Assembly: GCA_015065175.1 (NCBI GenBank) | Contig: SVQV01000003.1 | Span: forward strand, 1-49,983 | Source: Oscillospiraceae bacterium | Lineage (GTDB): Bacteria > Bacillota > Clostridia > Oscillospirales > CAG-272 | Reading direction: 5' to 3' | DNA length: 49,983 bases | Shown: piece after piece, positions 9,537 through 20,009 of the stretch | How the letters are laid out: the number at the start of each line of letters is the position of its first letter | Numbering within the stretch: position 1 is the first letter of the stretch | Made by a program: the position numbers and the translations under genes | The notes under the pieces: model-generated | The model's database searches: none | What the model was told of the DNA's origin: nothing | The model's input: only the letters and a program-made list of their open reading frames with translations

Positions 9537-10477
9537 TTCTGCTCGGATTGAGCGTTGCTTTCATTTCCGTCAATATCAATGTGGAGCTGCTCGGCTTCGG
9601 GTTGGAAGGCTGCTTCCTCTTCCTTTTTTGTGTCATAGGATTTCTTGAAGAAGGAAATAAGACTCCGGGCGTTTTTCGAATTAAGCGAATATACCGAGAA
9701 AATTCTTGAGATTATATAGAGCGAGAATGCGAAGACAAGGAAGTATGATGCTATATTTCCGTAGGTGACCGACTCCGCTTTGGGCATATATATAATAAGT
9801 GGAAGGGAATCGGCAAGAGTCAGTACAAAAGCGTTGAGTCCCACAAAGGTATAAAGTCCCCACAAGACACGGTTGAGTGTGATCCTGCATTCACCCAATG
9901 AAAAGAACGTAATAAATATTGCGGATATCTGATGCAGTATTTGGACAGGGCTGTTCATATACATAGTGTTATCGAAGTAGAAGCTGAACGCGAGCGCGCA
10001 ACCGAGAAGTACAGGGAAGAATGAAAGCGCCGAATAGGTCTCGCTCTTTATATTCGCATTACAGATGCGCAGTACATAATAAGGAACGGAAAGCAGAGCA
10101 AATAAAGCCGATAAGAGGGAAAAAATGAAGGCTGCGCCCACTTTCTCAGAGCCGAAGGTCTCGATCAAAACGAAAACAGAAAACAGAACAAGAACAACCG
10201 ATAAGAAGGACGCGGAGAATACTGTCGGCAGGTCGGTGTACACGGTGCGCAGAGTCTTTTCTTTCATTATAAATATACACGGAGTGATGAAGAAAACAGC
10301 AGATGTGACTATCAGAGCGCCAAATGCAGTGTTAAGCGCAGAGTCGGGCGCAAAGTGTCCGAGTGCGGGGTCGTACTCCGAAAAGAGCAGATATGTGCGG
10401 ATAACGGCTGCGGCTATCGCGGAGAGAATAGAAAGGATAAGCGATACCGAGTAGGAAATTCTTGTTTTTTTGAGCAT
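9533..10477 (-). CDS. Hypothetical multi-pass membrane protein
   Basis: About 8 hydrophobic segments and an acidic C-terminal tail; GAGG RBS; ATGA overlap with polA. Confidence 0.75.
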   Translation of the reverse strand: MLKKTRISYSVSLILSILSAIAAAVIRTYLLFSEYDPALGHFAPDSALNTAFGALIVTSAVFFITPCIFIMKEKTLRTVYTDLPTVFSASFLSVVLVLFSVFVLIETFGSEKVGAAFIFSLLSALFALLSVPYYVLRICNANIKSETYSALSFFPVLLGCALAFSFYFDNTMYMNSPVQILHQISAIFITFFSLGECRITLNRVLWGLYTFVGLNAFVLTLADSLPLIIYMPKAESVTYGNIASYFLVFAFSLYIISRIFSVYSLNSKNARSLISFFKKSYDTKKEEEAAFQPEAEQLHIDIDGNESNAQSEQK

Positions 10478-10738
10478 AATTTTGTACCTCTGTTAGAATT
10501 TTGGGGTAAAAGCCAAATAATATTTTTAAAAGCATAAATAATATATAATATTGTAACTCTAAAATATTAATAAAATGTATACAACAGCAGAGTTTTGAGA
10601 AAAAGAGCAGAAAATAATGAGAAAAAAAGGGGTAAATATTACCCCAAAGGGGTTTGTTTGTGCAACTTGCACAAAAAATGAGCGAAAATTTCTACAAAAT
10701 TCTTTTAAAATTATACCTAACTTTTTTTGCAAAAACTA

Positions 10739-10767
10739 TTGCTATTTTAGCAAAAATAGTTTATAAT
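10739..10767 (+). promoter_or_regulatory. S10 operon promoter
   Basis: TTGCTA-17 bp-TATAAT upstream of the leader. Confidence 0.75.
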
Positions 10768-10779
10768 GGTTGAGTATGA

Positions 10780-10855
10780 TATGCGATGAAGCGAGAGGTT
10801 GCCGCAAAATGCGGGTAATTTTCGCGGAGTATGTCCGATTAACCGGGCGAAAGGA
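10780..10855 (+). ncRNA. Clostridia-type S10 ribosomal protein leader (cis-regulatory RNA)
   Basis: GCGATGAAGCGAGAGGTTGCC...TTTCGCGGAGTATGTCCG..CCGGGCGA resembles, from recall, the conserved rpsJ leader of Clostridia; located in the 5' UTR of rpsJ. Confidence 0.65.
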
Positions 10856-10896
10856 AATCATTTTGCTTGTGAAAACAGGCATAACTGTGCTTATTC

Positions 10897-10931
10897 CCGG
10901 ATTGAACTGCAAGACAGGCAATCCGGTTTTT
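10897..10931 (+). terminator. Terminator-like hairpin inside the S10 leader (possible attenuator)
   Basis: CCGGATTG...CAATCCGG followed by TTTTT. Confidence 0.5.
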
Positions 10932-11006
10932 GTAAGGAAGCGTTAGAAACGCTCGGCACAGTGTGAACCTAAAAAGCCCTCGAAATTTAAAAAGGAGGCA
11001 AAAACA

Positions 11007-11318
11007 ATGGCAGACAAACAGAAGATCAGAGTGAGACTCAAGAGCTACGATCACACCTTAGTGGACACAGCCGCTGAAAAGGTTGTTGAGATAGCTAAGA
11101 GAAACGGCAGCGCCGTTTCAGGTCCTATACCGCTCCCCACCGAGAAGGAGATCGTTACAATTCTTCGTGCGGTGCATAAGTACAAGGACAGCCGTGAGCA
11201 GTTCGAAATGCGCACACACAAGAGACTCATTGATATCATCAATCCTCAGCAGAAGACTATTGAAGCTCTTATGAGTGTTGAGCTCCCTGCTGGCGTTGAT
11301 ATCGAGATCAAGGCGTAA
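11007..11318 (+). CDS. rpsJ: 30S ribosomal protein S10
   Basis: [33 protein letters not shown]. Confidence 0.98.
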   Translation: MADKQKIRVRLKSYDHTLVDTAAEKVVEIAKRNGSAVSGPIPLPTEKEIVTILRAVHKYKDSREQFEMRTHKRLIDIINPQQKTIEALMSVELPAGVDIEIKA

Positions 11319-11420
11319 ATCCCACATTATTTATTTAGTAACCACACGTGGTCATGTTGGCATTAACCGCACGAGAGTGCAGAAATCCAAAAATGTCAAC
11401 CAATAACTATGGAGGAAAAA

Positions 11421-12050
11421 ATGAAAAAAGGTATTATCGGAAGAAAGCTGGGCATGACTCAGATTTTCGATGAAATCGGCAATGTAATTCCTGTTACATT
11501 GATTGAAGCAGGCCCCTGCGCCGTAGCTCAGAAGAAGACTGTTGAAACAGACGGCTACAACGCGCTTCAGCTTGCGTTCCAGGATGACAAGGAGAAGCAC
11601 CAGACAAAGGCGCAACTCGGTCATTTCAAAAAAGCGGGCATTTCCCCGAAGAGACATTTGAAGGAGTTCCGTCTCGAAGACATCAGCGCTGTAAACGTAG
11701 GTGATGTTATATCGGTCGATACCTTCGCCGCAGGCGAGAAGGTCGACATTACAGGTATAACCAAGGGCCGCGGATATACAGGTTGTGTAAAGAGATGGGG
11801 ACATCACATTCTGAGAATAACTCACGGTACAGGCCCTATCCACCGTCAGCCCGGTTCTATGGGTGTTATCGACCCTGCGAGAATCTTCAAGAACAAGAAG
11901 ATGCCCGGTCAGTACGGTAATGAGCAGGTTACAATCTTGAACCTGAACGTTGTTAAAATCGACGCAGAAAAGAACCTTATCGCAGTAAAGGGTGCGGTTC
12001 CCGGCGCAAAGGGCGGCATCGTATTCATTCGCGATTCGGTTAAAGCATAA
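11421..12050 (+). CDS. rplC: 50S ribosomal protein L3
   Basis: KKGIIGRKLGMTQIF, VKGAVPG; GGAGG RBS before ATG 11421. Confidence 0.97.
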   Translation: MKKGIIGRKLGMTQIFDEIGNVIPVTLIEAGPCAVAQKKTVETDGYNALQLAFQDDKEKHQTKAQLGHFKKAGISPKRHLKEFRLEDISAVNVGDVISVDTFAAGEKVDITGITKGRGYTGCVKRWGHHILRITHGTGPIHRQPGSMGVIDPARIFKNKKMPGQYGNEQVTILNLNVVKIDAEKNLIAVKGAVPGAKGGIVFIRDSVKA

Positions 12051-12070
12051 CGGAAGGAGGATAACACATA

Positions 12071-12697
12071 ATGCCTAATATGAAAGTTGTTGATATGGCC
12101 GGCAAGGAAGTCGGAGAAATTACACTGTCCGAAAAAGTATTCGGCGCAGACGTAAAGGCTTCTGTCCTCCATGCCGCAGTAAGAGTGTTTTTGATGAATC
12201 AGAGACAGGGAACACAGTCCACTCTTACACGTACCGAGGTTTCCGGCGGCGGTAAAAAGCCTTGGAAGCAGAAGGGTACAGGTAGAGCAAGACAGGGTTC
12301 CACAAGAGCTCCCCAGTGGACACACGGTGGAGTTGCACTCGGTCCGAAGCCCCGCAGCTACCGCATGAGCCTCACACAGAAGACCAAGAGACTTGCACTT
12401 TTCGGTGCTATGTCGTCTAAGGTTGCCGCAGGCGAAATGATAGTTGTAGACGCAATCACTGCCACAGAATACAAGACCAAGACAATGAAGGCTATGCTTG
12501 AAGCTCTTGGCGCTGAAAAGAAGGCTTTGATCGTGCTTCCCGAGGCAGACAAGTTTGTGGTTAAGAGCTGCGATAACATTCCCGGCGTAAAGACCACCGT
12601 ATACAATGCTATAAACGTATACGACATCCTGAACTGCGACAAGTTCATTGTAGCTAAGAGCGCAGTTGAGAAAATCGAGGAGGTATATGCGAAATGA
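12071..12697 (+). CDS. rplD: 50S ribosomal protein L4
   Basis: RQGT, GGGKKPWKQKGTGRARQGS. Confidence 0.97.
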   Translation: MPNMKVVDMAGKEVGEITLSEKVFGADVKASVLHAAVRVFLMNQRQGTQSTLTRTEVSGGGKKPWKQKGTGRARQGSTRAPQWTHGGVALGPKPRSYRMSLTQKTKRLALFGAMSSKVAAGEMIVVDAITATEYKTKTMKAMLEALGAEKKALIVLPEADKFVVKSCDNIPGVKTTVYNAINVYDILNCDKFIVAKSAVEKIEEVYAK

Positions 12698-12987
12698 AGG
12701 CTATCGAAAATATCATAATTAAGCCTATCATCACCGAGAAGAGCATGAGCGGCTTGCAGGACAAGCGCTACACATTCGAGGTAATGAAGAGCGCAACAAA
12801 GCCCGAAATTGCAGCGGCAGTTGAGGCTATGTTTGATGTTGAAGTGCTCGACGTAAATACCATCAACATGAAAAAGAAGCCGAAGAGACTCGGCGCTCAT
12901 ATGGGTTACACCGGTGAGTGGAAAAAAGCAATTGTAACATTAAAACCCGAATCAAAGACCATTGCGTTCTTTGACAGTATGAATTAA
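12694..12987 (+). CDS. rplW: 50S ribosomal protein L23
   Basis: PIITEKS, WKKAIVTL; gene order. Confidence 0.96.
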   Translation: MKAIENIIIKPIITEKSMSGLQDKRYTFEVMKSATKPEIAAAVEAMFDVEVLDVNTINMKKKPKRLGAHMGYTGEWKKAIVTLKPESKTIAFFDSMN

Positions 12988-13006
12988 GTTGGGAGGATAA
13001 GAAAGA

Positions 13007-13837
13007 ATGCCTACCATGAAGTATAAGCCGACTACACCGTCCCGCAGACATATGCAGGCTCCTTCATTCGACGAAGTAACAAAGTTTACTCCCGAGAAGA
13101 GCTTGATTGAAATCAAGAAGAAAAAAGCAGGACGCAACAGCTACGGCAAAATAACAGTTCGTCACCAGGGTGGCGGAAACAAACAGAAATACAGAATTAT
13201 CGACTTCAAGCGTCAGACAGAGGGACCTGCTACCGTAATCGGTATCGAGTACGACCCTAACAGAACCGCTTACATCGCTCTCGTTCAGTACGAGAACGGC
13301 AAGAAGGCTTATGTTATCGCTCCCGCAGGTCTTAAGGACGGAGACGTCATCTACTCCGGCGCAGATGCCGATATCAAGCCCGGCAACACATTGCCGATAA
13401 GCTCCATTCCTGTAGGTACGTTTATTTACAACATCGAGCTTTATCCCGGTAAGGGTGCTCAGCTCGTACGTTCCGCAGGTACAGCCGCTCAGCTTATGGC
13501 TAAGGAAAACGGTCAGGCTCAGGTAAGACTTCCCTCGGGCGAAGTTCGTATCATCAGACTTGACTGCAAGGCTACAATAGGCCAGATCGGTAATATCGAG
13601 CATGACACAGTTAAGCTCGGTAAAGCAGGTAAGACACGCCACCTCGGCATCCGTCCTACAGTTCGCGGTTCTGTAATGAACCCCTGCGATCACCCTCACG
13701 GTGGTGGTGAAGGACGTTCGCCTATCGGTCGTCCCGGACCTGTTACTCCTTGGGGTAAACCTGCTCTCGGATATAAGACGAGAAACAAAAAGGCGAGAAC
13801 AAACAAGTTCATCGTTAAGCGCAGAAACAGCAAGTAA
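13007..13837 (+). CDS. rplB: 50S ribosomal protein L2
   Basis: [28 protein letters not shown]. Confidence 0.98.
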   Translation: MPTMKYKPTTPSRRHMQAPSFDEVTKFTPEKSLIEIKKKKAGRNSYGKITVRHQGGGNKQKYRIIDFKRQTEGPATVIGIEYDPNRTAYIALVQYENGKKAYVIAPAGLKDGDVIYSGADADIKPGNTLPISSIPVGTFIYNIELYPGKGAQLVRSAGTAAQLMAKENGQAQVRLPSGEVRIIRLDCKATIGQIGNIEHDTVKLGKAGKTRHLGIRPTVRGSVMNPCDHPHGGGEGRSPIGRPGPVTPWGKPALGYKTRNKKARTNKFIVKRRNSK

Positions 13838-13871
13838 TGTCGCTTAGAAATTTGAATAGGAGGCACATGTA

Positions 13872-14153
13872 ATGAGCAGAAGTCAGAAAAAAGCACCTTA
13901 TGTTGAAGAGAAATTGTTCAACAGAGTAGTTGCTATGAATGAAAAGAATGAGAAAAAAGTGCTGAAAACCTGGTCTCGTGCATCTGTCATATTCCCCGAA
14001 TTTGTCGGACATACAATTGCTGTTCATGACGGCAGAAAGCATGTTCCGGTATATGTAACCGAGGATATGGTCGGACACAAGCTTGGCGAGTTCGCACCTA
14101 CCCGTACCTTCAAAGGTCACGCGGGAACAAAAACATCGAACAACGGAAACTAA
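13872..14153 (+). CDS. rpsS: 30S ribosomal protein S19
   Basis: [18 protein letters not shown]. Confidence 0.98.
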   Translation: MSRSQKKAPYVEEKLFNRVVAMNEKNEKKVLKTWSRASVIFPEFVGHTIAVHDGRKHVPVYVTEDMVGHKLGEFAPTRTFKGHAGTKTSNNGN

Positions 14154-14198
14154 TAAATAACGTTAATCGCACAAAATGCGAGAGGAGGCAAAGCCTAA

Positions 14199-14558
14199 AT
14201 GGAAGCAAAGGCACATCTTAAATACGTGAGAATTGCTCCGCGCAAGGTTAAGATCGTTCTCGACCTTATAAGAGGTAAGGATACCGATGTTGCAATGGCT
14301 ATTCTTGAGAATACCCCCAAGAGCGCATCCGAGTACCTTGTAAAGCTCTTGAAGAGCGCAGTAGCAAACGCAGAACACAATTTTAACATGGATGTATCTA
14401 AACTTTATGTATCCGAGTGCTTCGTATGCCCCGGTCCTACACTCAAGAGAGTTATGCCCAGAGCGCAGGGAAGAGCATTCAGAATTCTGAAGAGAACAAG
14501 CCATGTAACCTTAGTGGTTAAAGAAAGAACAGCAAAATCTGAGAAGGAGGTAGGATAA
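14199..14558 (+). CDS. rplV: 50S ribosomal protein L22
   Basis: RIAPRK, SAVANA, PRAQGRA. Confidence 0.97.
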   Translation: MEAKAHLKYVRIAPRKVKIVLDLIRGKDTDVAMAILENTPKSASEYLVKLLKSAVANAEHNFNMDVSKLYVSECFVCPGPTLKRVMPRAQGRAFRILKRTSHVTLVVKERTAKSEKEVG

Positions 14559-14562
14559 GTCA

Positions 14563-15345
14563 ATGGGACAGAAGGTAAATCCCCACGGTTTGCGCGTAGG
14601 CGTAATCAAGAATTGGGATTCAAGATGGTTTGAAAGCGATGAAAACTTCGGCGATACCCTCGTTTCTGACTATGAGATCAGAAAGTACTTGAAGGAAAAG
14701 CTTCAGGGCGCAGGCGTACCTAAGTTTGAGATCGAGCGTGACAGAGCGCGTGTAAGAGTATTCATTCACTGCGCGAAGCCCGGTATGGTTATCGGACGCG
14801 GCGGCGTTGAGATAGAAAAGCTCAAGACCGACCTTGAAAAGATGGTTGGACGCCCTGTTATCGTAAATGTCGTTGAGATTAAGAATCCTGACCTCAACGC
14901 ACAGCTTGTAGCAGAGAGCATCGCGGCACAGCTCGAAAAGAGAACATCCTTCCGCCGCGCAATGAAGCAGGCTATCGGCAGAACAATGCGCCTTGGCGCA
15001 AAGGGTGTTAAGATCTCTTGCGGCGGCCGTCTCGGCGGTGCTGAAATCGCGAGAACTGAGCACTATCATGAAGGAACTATTCCGCTTCAGACACTCAGAG
15101 CCGACATCGAGTACGGTTTCTGGGAAGCAAACACAACCTACGGTAAGATCGGTATAAAGGTATGGATCTACAGAGGAGAGGTTCTCGCGGAGAGCAATTC
15201 CGCAAGAGCTGAGAGAAAGCCCGAGCGTCAGGAAAGACGTCCTCGCCGCGAAGGCGACCGCCGTCAGAATGGCGAGCGCAAATCTCCCCGTAGCTTTAAC
15301 GGTCCCCGCCGTACAGAAAGAAAAGCAGAGGAGGGCGACAAATAA
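14563..15345 (+). CDS. rpsC: 30S ribosomal protein S3
   Basis: [30 protein letters not shown]; charged C-terminal tail. Confidence 0.98.
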   Translation: MGQKVNPHGLRVGVIKNWDSRWFESDENFGDTLVSDYEIRKYLKEKLQGAGVPKFEIERDRARVRVFIHCAKPGMVIGRGGVEIEKLKTDLEKMVGRPVIVNVVEIKNPDLNAQLVAESIAAQLEKRTSFRRAMKQAIGRTMRLGAKGVKISCGGRLGGAEIARTEHYHEGTIPLQTLRADIEYGFWEANTTYGKIGIKVWIYRGEVLAESNSARAERKPERQERRPRREGDRRQNGERKSPRSFNGPRRTERKAEEGDK

Positions 15346-15773
15346 TGTTAATGCCTAAGAGAGTTAAGTTCAGACGCGTTCAGCGCGGAAGACTTAAGGG
15401 TAAAGCATCTCGCGGCAACGTGCTTAGCAACGGAACATACGGACTTGTTGCGCTCGAACCCGCTTGGATCACAAGTAACCAGATAGAAGCAGCCCGTATC
15501 GCTATGACAAGATATATTCGCCGTGGCGGACAGGTTTGGATCAAGATTTTCCCCGACAAGCCTATCACAGAAAAGCCTGCCGAGACTCGAATGGGTTCCG
15601 GTAAAGGTTCTCCCGAATATTGGGTAGCGGTAGTTAAGCCGGGCAGAATTCTGTTCGAAATGGACGGAATCAGCGAGGAGATTGCAAGAGAGGCTATGCG
15701 TCTTGCTATGCACAAGCTTCCCATCAAGTGCAAGTTCATCTCCAACGCAGAACAGATTACGGAGGAGGAATAA
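15345..15773 (+). CDS. rplP: 50S ribosomal protein L16
   Basis: [17 protein letters not shown]. Confidence 0.98.
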   Translation: MLMPKRVKFRRVQRGRLKGKASRGNVLSNGTYGLVALEPAWITSNQIEAARIAMTRYIRRGGQVWIKIFPDKPITEKPAETRMGSGKGSPEYWVAVVKPGRILFEMDGISEEIAREAMRLAMHKLPIKCKFISNAEQITEEE

Positions 15774-15776
15774 GCC

Positions 15777-15965
15777 GTGAAGGTTAAGGAATTCAGAGAA
15801 TTATCCACAGAGCAGCTTGAAACAAAGCTGACAGAACTTAAGCGTGAGCTTTTCAATCTTCGTTTCCAGCATGCGATAAATCAGCTTGAAAATCCTCACA
15901 AAATCACAGACGTGAAGCGTGACATTGCTCGTGTAATGACAGTGCTTCATGAGAAGAACGCTTGA
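15777..15965 (+). CDS. rpmC: 50S ribosomal protein L29
   Basis: ELFNLRFQ, QLENPH, IAR; GTG start. Confidence 0.96.
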   Translation: MKVKEFRELSTEQLETKLTELKRELFNLRFQHAINQLENPHKITDVKRDIARVMTVLHEKNA

Positions 15966-15979
15966 GGAGGTAATAAACA

Positions 15980-16240
15980 ATGACCGAAACACGTAACTTG
16001 AGAAAAGTAAGAGTAGGTAAGGTTGTCAGCACAAGAATGGATAAGACCATTGTTGTTGCTGTAGAAGACAACGTTCGTCATGCAAAATACGGTAAGATAA
16101 TTAAGCGTACCGCAAAAATTCATGCACACGATGAAGAAAACCAGTGCGCAGTAGGCGATAAGGTTTCCGTAATGGAGACAAGACCGCTTTCCAAGACAAA
16201 GAGATGGCGCTTGGTTAACATTATCGAAAAGGCAAAATAA
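15980..16240 (+). CDS. rpsQ: 30S ribosomal protein S17
   Basis: [18 protein letters not shown]. Confidence 0.98.
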   Translation: MTETRNLRKVRVGKVVSTRMDKTIVVAVEDNVRHAKYGKIIKRTAKIHAHDEENQCAVGDKVSVMETRPLSKTKRWRLVNIIEKAK

Positions 16241-16301
16241 TAGTTTCACAGAAAGAACAGTAGGTAGGTCAAACGCTTACCGAATAAGGAGGAAACGATA
16301 A

Positions 16302-16670
16302 GTGATTCAGCAACAGACATTAATGAAGGTCGCTGACAACACGGGCGCAAAGGAACTTATGTGTATCAGAGTTCTCGGTGGCTCGGGACGCCGTTATGCT
16401 AATATCGGCGACGTTGTGGTTGCGGCAGTTAAAAAGGCTGCCCCCGGCGGCGTAGTAAAAAAAGGTGAAGTTGTTAAGGCTGTTATCGTCAGAAGCGTAA
16501 AGGGCGTTCGCCGTGCGGACGGTTCTTACCTCAAGTTTGACGAGAATGCGGCAGTTGTTATCAAGGACGACAACACACCCAGAGGAACACGTATTTTTGG
16601 CCCTGTGGCAAGAGAGCTTCGTGATAAGGACTTTACAAAGATCCTTTCACTCGCTCCCGAAGTACTTTAA
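16302..16670 (+). CDS. rplN: 50S ribosomal protein L14
   Basis: [23 protein letters not shown]; GTG start. Confidence 0.98.
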   Translation: MIQQQTLMKVADNTGAKELMCIRVLGGSGRRYANIGDVVVAAVKKAAPGGVVKKGEVVKAVIVRSVKGVRRADGSYLKFDENAAVVIKDDNTPRGTRIFGPVARELRDKDFTKILSLAPEVL

Positions 16671-16686
16671 TCGGAGGTAAACGAAA

Positions 16687-17016
16687 ATGGAAAAGCTTAA
16701 TATTAAAAAAGATGACATTGTCGTTGTACTTTCCGGTGACGACAAGGGCAAACGCGGCAAGGTTCTTGCTGTATCTCCCGAGGAGGGAAAGGTTATTGTC
16801 GAGGGCGTTAACCTCGTCAAGAAGAATGTTAAGGCTCGTAAGCAGGGTGAGGTAAGCAGCCAGATCGACACAGAGAGCGCAATGTACGCTTGTAAGGTTG
16901 AGCTTGTTTGCCCCAAGTGCGACAAGCCCACTCGTTCCAAGGTTGGCTATGAAGCCGGCAAGGACGGTAAGAATGTTAAGGTTCGTCTCTGCACAAAGTG
17001 CGGAGCGAAGATATAA
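16687..17016 (+). CDS. rplX: 50S ribosomal protein L24
   Basis: KOW motif [16 protein letters not shown]. Confidence 0.96.
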   Translation: MEKLNIKKDDIVVVLSGDDKGKRGKVLAVSPEEGKVIVEGVNLVKKNVKARKQGEVSSQIDTESAMYACKVELVCPKCDKPTRSKVGYEAGKDGKNVKVRLCTKCGAKI

Positions 17017-17032
17017 GCGGAGGTAACTGAAT

Positions 17033-17572
17033 ATGTCAAGATTCGCAGAACTTTATAAAAACGAAGTTGCTCCCGCTCTTATGAAGAAGTATGCATACAA
17101 GAGCCCCATGCAGATCCCGAAGTTCGACAAGATAGTAATCAACGTCGGCGCAGGCGATGCTAAGGACAATGCGAAGGTAATCGATTCCATAATTGATGAA
17201 ATTTCTCTTATCGCAGGTCAGAAGGCAGTTCCGACATACGCAAAGAAGTCGGTAGCAAACTTCAAGCTTAGAGCAGGAATGAAGATTGGTGCAAAGGTTA
17301 CGCTTCGTGGCGAGCGTATGTATGAATTTATGGACAGATTCTTCAGCTTTGCGCTCCCCAGAGTTCGTGACTTTAAGGGTATCAACCCCAACGCGTTCGA
17401 CGGTAGAGGTAACTACTCCATCGGTTTGAAGGAGCAGCTCATATTCCCCGAAATCGAGTACGACAAGGTTGAGAAGGTTCGTGGTATGGATATCGTATTC
17501 GTAACCACAGCTAAAACTGATGAAGAAGCAAAAGAGTTGCTCACATTGATGGGCGCACCCTTTGCTAAATAA
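17033..17572 (+). CDS. rplE: 50S ribosomal protein L5
   Basis: KIVIN, LPRVRDF, FDGRGNY. Confidence 0.98.
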   Translation: MSRFAELYKNEVAPALMKKYAYKSPMQIPKFDKIVINVGAGDAKDNAKVIDSIIDEISLIAGQKAVPTYAKKSVANFKLRAGMKIGAKVTLRGERMYEFMDRFFSFALPRVRDFKGINPNAFDGRGNYSIGLKEQLIFPEIEYDKVEKVRGMDIVFVTTAKTDEEAKELLTLMGAPFAK

Positions 17573-17586
17573 GGAGGAAGGAAAGA

Positions 17587-17772
17587 ATGGCTAAGAAGTC
17601 AATGGTTTTGAAGCAGCAGGCAGAGCCTAAGTTCTCTACCCGTGCATATAACAGATGCAAGATTTGCGGCAGACCTCACGCCTACCTCCGCAAATACGGA
17701 ATTTGCCGTATCTGCTTCCGTGAGCTTGCTTATAAGGGCGAGATCCCGGGCGTAAAGAAGGCAAGCTGGTAA
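17587..17772 (+). CDS. rpsN: 30S ribosomal protein S14, zinc-binding type Z
   Basis: 61 aa, CKICGR..ICRIC, KASW. Confidence 0.97.
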   Translation: MAKKSMVLKQQAEPKFSTRAYNRCKICGRPHAYLRKYGICRICFRELAYKGEIPGVKKASW

Positions 17773-17878
17773 TCATCTTCTAATCTATCGGAAGGAAAGC
17801 AAATTGCTTTTACCACCGATCAGCCGCCACATAAAAGTGGCAGCAAGAAAATTAACTTGCATATAGGAGGATAAAATA

Positions 17879-18277
17879 ATGCAAATGTCAGACGTAATTG
17901 CCGACATGCTCACACGTATCAGAAACGCTAACGACGCGAAGCATGATACTGTTGATGTTCCGGCATCCAATTTAAAGAAATCAATCGCCGAAATTCTTCT
18001 CAACGAGGGTTACATCAAGGGTTACCAGATAGTAGAAGACGGCAAACAGGGAATCATCAGAATAGCTCTGAAGTATCTCCCCGGTAAGCAAAAGGTTATT
18101 CACGGTTTGCGCAGAGTTTCCAAACCCGGTCTCCGCATTTATTCCAACTGCGAAGAGCTTCCGAAGGTTATGAACGGCTTGGGCGTTGTAATCGTGTCTA
18201 CCTCTAAAGGTATAATGACAGACAAAGCAGCCAGAAAAGAAAACGTTGGCGGCGAGATTCTCGCATTTGTTTGGTAA
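17879..18277 (+). CDS. rpsH: 30S ribosomal protein S8
   Basis: [22 protein letters not shown]. Confidence 0.98.
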   Translation: MQMSDVIADMLTRIRNANDAKHDTVDVPASNLKKSIAEILLNEGYIKGYQIVEDGKQGIIRIALKYLPGKQKVIHGLRRVSKPGLRIYSNCEELPKVMNGLGVVIVSTSKGIMTDKAARKENVGGEILAFVW

Positions 18278-18294
18278 TTGCGGAGGTAAATGAT

Positions 18295-18846
18295 ATGTCA
18301 AGAATAGGAAGAGCACCTATCACAGTACCCGCAGGAGTTACCGTAACAATCGGTGCGGGAAATGTTGTTACAGTTAAGGGCCCCAAGGGAACTCTTACAA
18401 ACACCTTTAACACCAATATGACTATTGAGCAGAAGGACGGCGTTATCACAGTAGCGCGCCCCAACGATGAGAAGGAGTCCCGCGCTATTCACGGTCTTAC
18501 CCGTACTCTTATCAACAACATGGTCGTAGGTGTTACAGAAGGCTACGCTAAGCAGCTTGAGATCGTCGGTGTTGGTTACAGAGCAGAAATGCAGGGCACT
18601 AAGATCAATATGAACTTGGGTTATTCTCATCCCGTTGTTATTGAACCCGTAGACGGAATCAAGTTTGCGGTTTCTACAAACCAGTCCGGTAACAGCGTAA
18701 TCGATATCACAGGTATCGACAAGCAGGTTGTAGGTCAGGTTGCGGCTGAAATAAGATCCAAGAGACCTCCCGAACCCTACAAGGGCAAGGGTGTTAAGTA
18801 CACCGGTGAAAGAATCCGCCGTAAGGCCGGAAAGACCGGTAAATAA
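18295..18846 (+). CDS. rplF: 50S ribosomal protein L6
   Basis: MSRIG, PEPYKGKG; GGAGG RBS before ATG 18295. Confidence 0.97.
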   Translation: MSRIGRAPITVPAGVTVTIGAGNVVTVKGPKGTLTNTFNTNMTIEQKDGVITVARPNDEKESRAIHGLTRTLINNMVVGVTEGYAKQLEIVGVGYRAEMQGTKINMNLGYSHPVVIEPVDGIKFAVSTNQSGNSVIDITGIDKQVVGQVAAEIRSKRPPEPYKGKGVKYTGERIRRKAGKTGK

Positions 18847-18864
18847 TGAAAGGAGTGGACAAAA

Positions 18865-19224
18865 ATGGTTAAGAGAACCGATAGCAATAAGCAGCGTCTT
18901 AAGAGACACATCAGAGTCAGAGCTAAGGTTTCGGGTACTGCGGAAAGACCTCGTCTCGCTGTTTATCGTTCAAACGCGAATATCAGCGCACAGATTATTG
19001 ACGATGTTGCAGGCGTGACCCTCGTTTCTGCATCCACCCTTGAAGCATCCTTTGAGGGAATAGGCTCCAACAAAGAGGCTGCCAAGAAGGTTGGCATCAC
19101 TTTGGCAAAGAGAGCACTTGAAAAAGGCATTACCGCAGTTGTATTTGACCGCGGCGGCTATATCTATCACGGACGTGTATCGGAATTGGCTGAAGGCGCT
19201 CGCGAGGGCGGACTTTCATTCTAA
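18865..19224 (+). CDS. rplR: 50S ribosomal protein L18
   Basis: [16 protein letters not shown]. Confidence 0.97.
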   Translation: MVKRTDSNKQRLKRHIRVRAKVSGTAERPRLAVYRSNANISAQIIDDVAGVTLVSASTLEASFEGIGSNKEAAKKVGITLAKRALEKGITAVVFDRGGYIYHGRVSELAEGAREGGLSF

Positions 19225-19284
19225 GTTCCGGTTTGTACACAGTTTCAAAAATAATTTTTGAAAACATTATTAAGGAGAAAAAAC

Positions 19285-19788
19285 ATGGCAAAAATGATTG
19301 AAGCAGCTGAGCTTGAGCTTCAGGAAAAGCTCGTTGCATTAAACCGTGTTTCCAAAACCGTTAAGGGTGGTCGTATCGCACGTTTCGCTGCTATTATGGT
19401 AGTAGGTGACGGAAACGGTCATGTAGGCTACGGTTTAGGAAAGGCAGCCGAGGTTCCGGACGCGATCCGCAAGGGAATCGAGGATGCTAAGAAAAATATG
19501 ATAGAAGTATCGTTGAACGGTTCTACAATTCCTCACGAGATCACAGGAATCTACGGCGCAGGTAAGGTTCTTCTGAAGCCTGCCGCACCCGGTACAGGTA
19601 TTATCGCAGGTGGCGCGGTTCGTTCTATTCTCGAGCTTGCAGGCGTTAAGAACATTCGTGCAAAGTGCTTGCGCTCCAACAACCCCATAAACGTTGTTAA
19701 GGCAACATTTGAGGGCTTGAAGGCGCTCCGCACTGCAGAGCAGGTTGCTGCTTTGCGCGGAATCAGCGTTGAAGATTTGAAGGGCTGA
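19285..19788 (+). CDS. rpsE: 30S ribosomal protein S5
   Basis: [25 protein letters not shown]; AGGAG RBS before ATG 19285. Confidence 0.97.
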   Translation: MAKMIEAAELELQEKLVALNRVSKTVKGGRIARFAAIMVVGDGNGHVGYGLGKAAEVPDAIRKGIEDAKKNMIEVSLNGSTIPHEITGIYGAGKVLLKPAAPGTGIIAGGAVRSILELAGVKNIRAKCLRSNNPINVVKATFEGLKALRTAEQVAALRGISVEDLKG

Positions 19789-19801
19789 GGAGGATTTGAA
19801 G

Positions 19802-19981
19802 ATGGAAAAGGTTAAAATTACACTTGTAAAGAGCCTCATCGGAGCAATCCCGAATCAGAAGGCAACCGCCGCTACTCTCGGTTTCAGAAAGATCGGCGAT
19901 TCTATCATTCTTAACAAGGATAAGTCGGTTGAGGGTAAGATCACCGTAATCAAGCATCTTGTTAAGGTTGAAACCATATAA
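19802..19981 (+). CDS. rpmD: 50S ribosomal protein L30
   Basis: KITLVKSLIG..LG..HLVKVE; position between rpsE and rplO. Confidence 0.93.
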   Translation: MEKVKITLVKSLIGAIPNQKATAATLGFRKIGDSIILNKDKSVEGKITVIKHLVKVETI

Positions 19982-20009
19982 GCGAATTATAAAATAAGGA
20001 GGATTACCT

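Noticed and set aside
11790-11910. Short L3 loop (GSMG-VID-P) as a possible antibiotic-resistance change
   Set aside because: From recall, Bacillus L3 has the same loop length (GSMG-PVD-P), so this is normal variation.
15180-15345. Arg/Glu-rich S3 C-terminal tail, and small insertions in RpoA and SecY
   Set aside because: Variable tails and loops are routine in these proteins.
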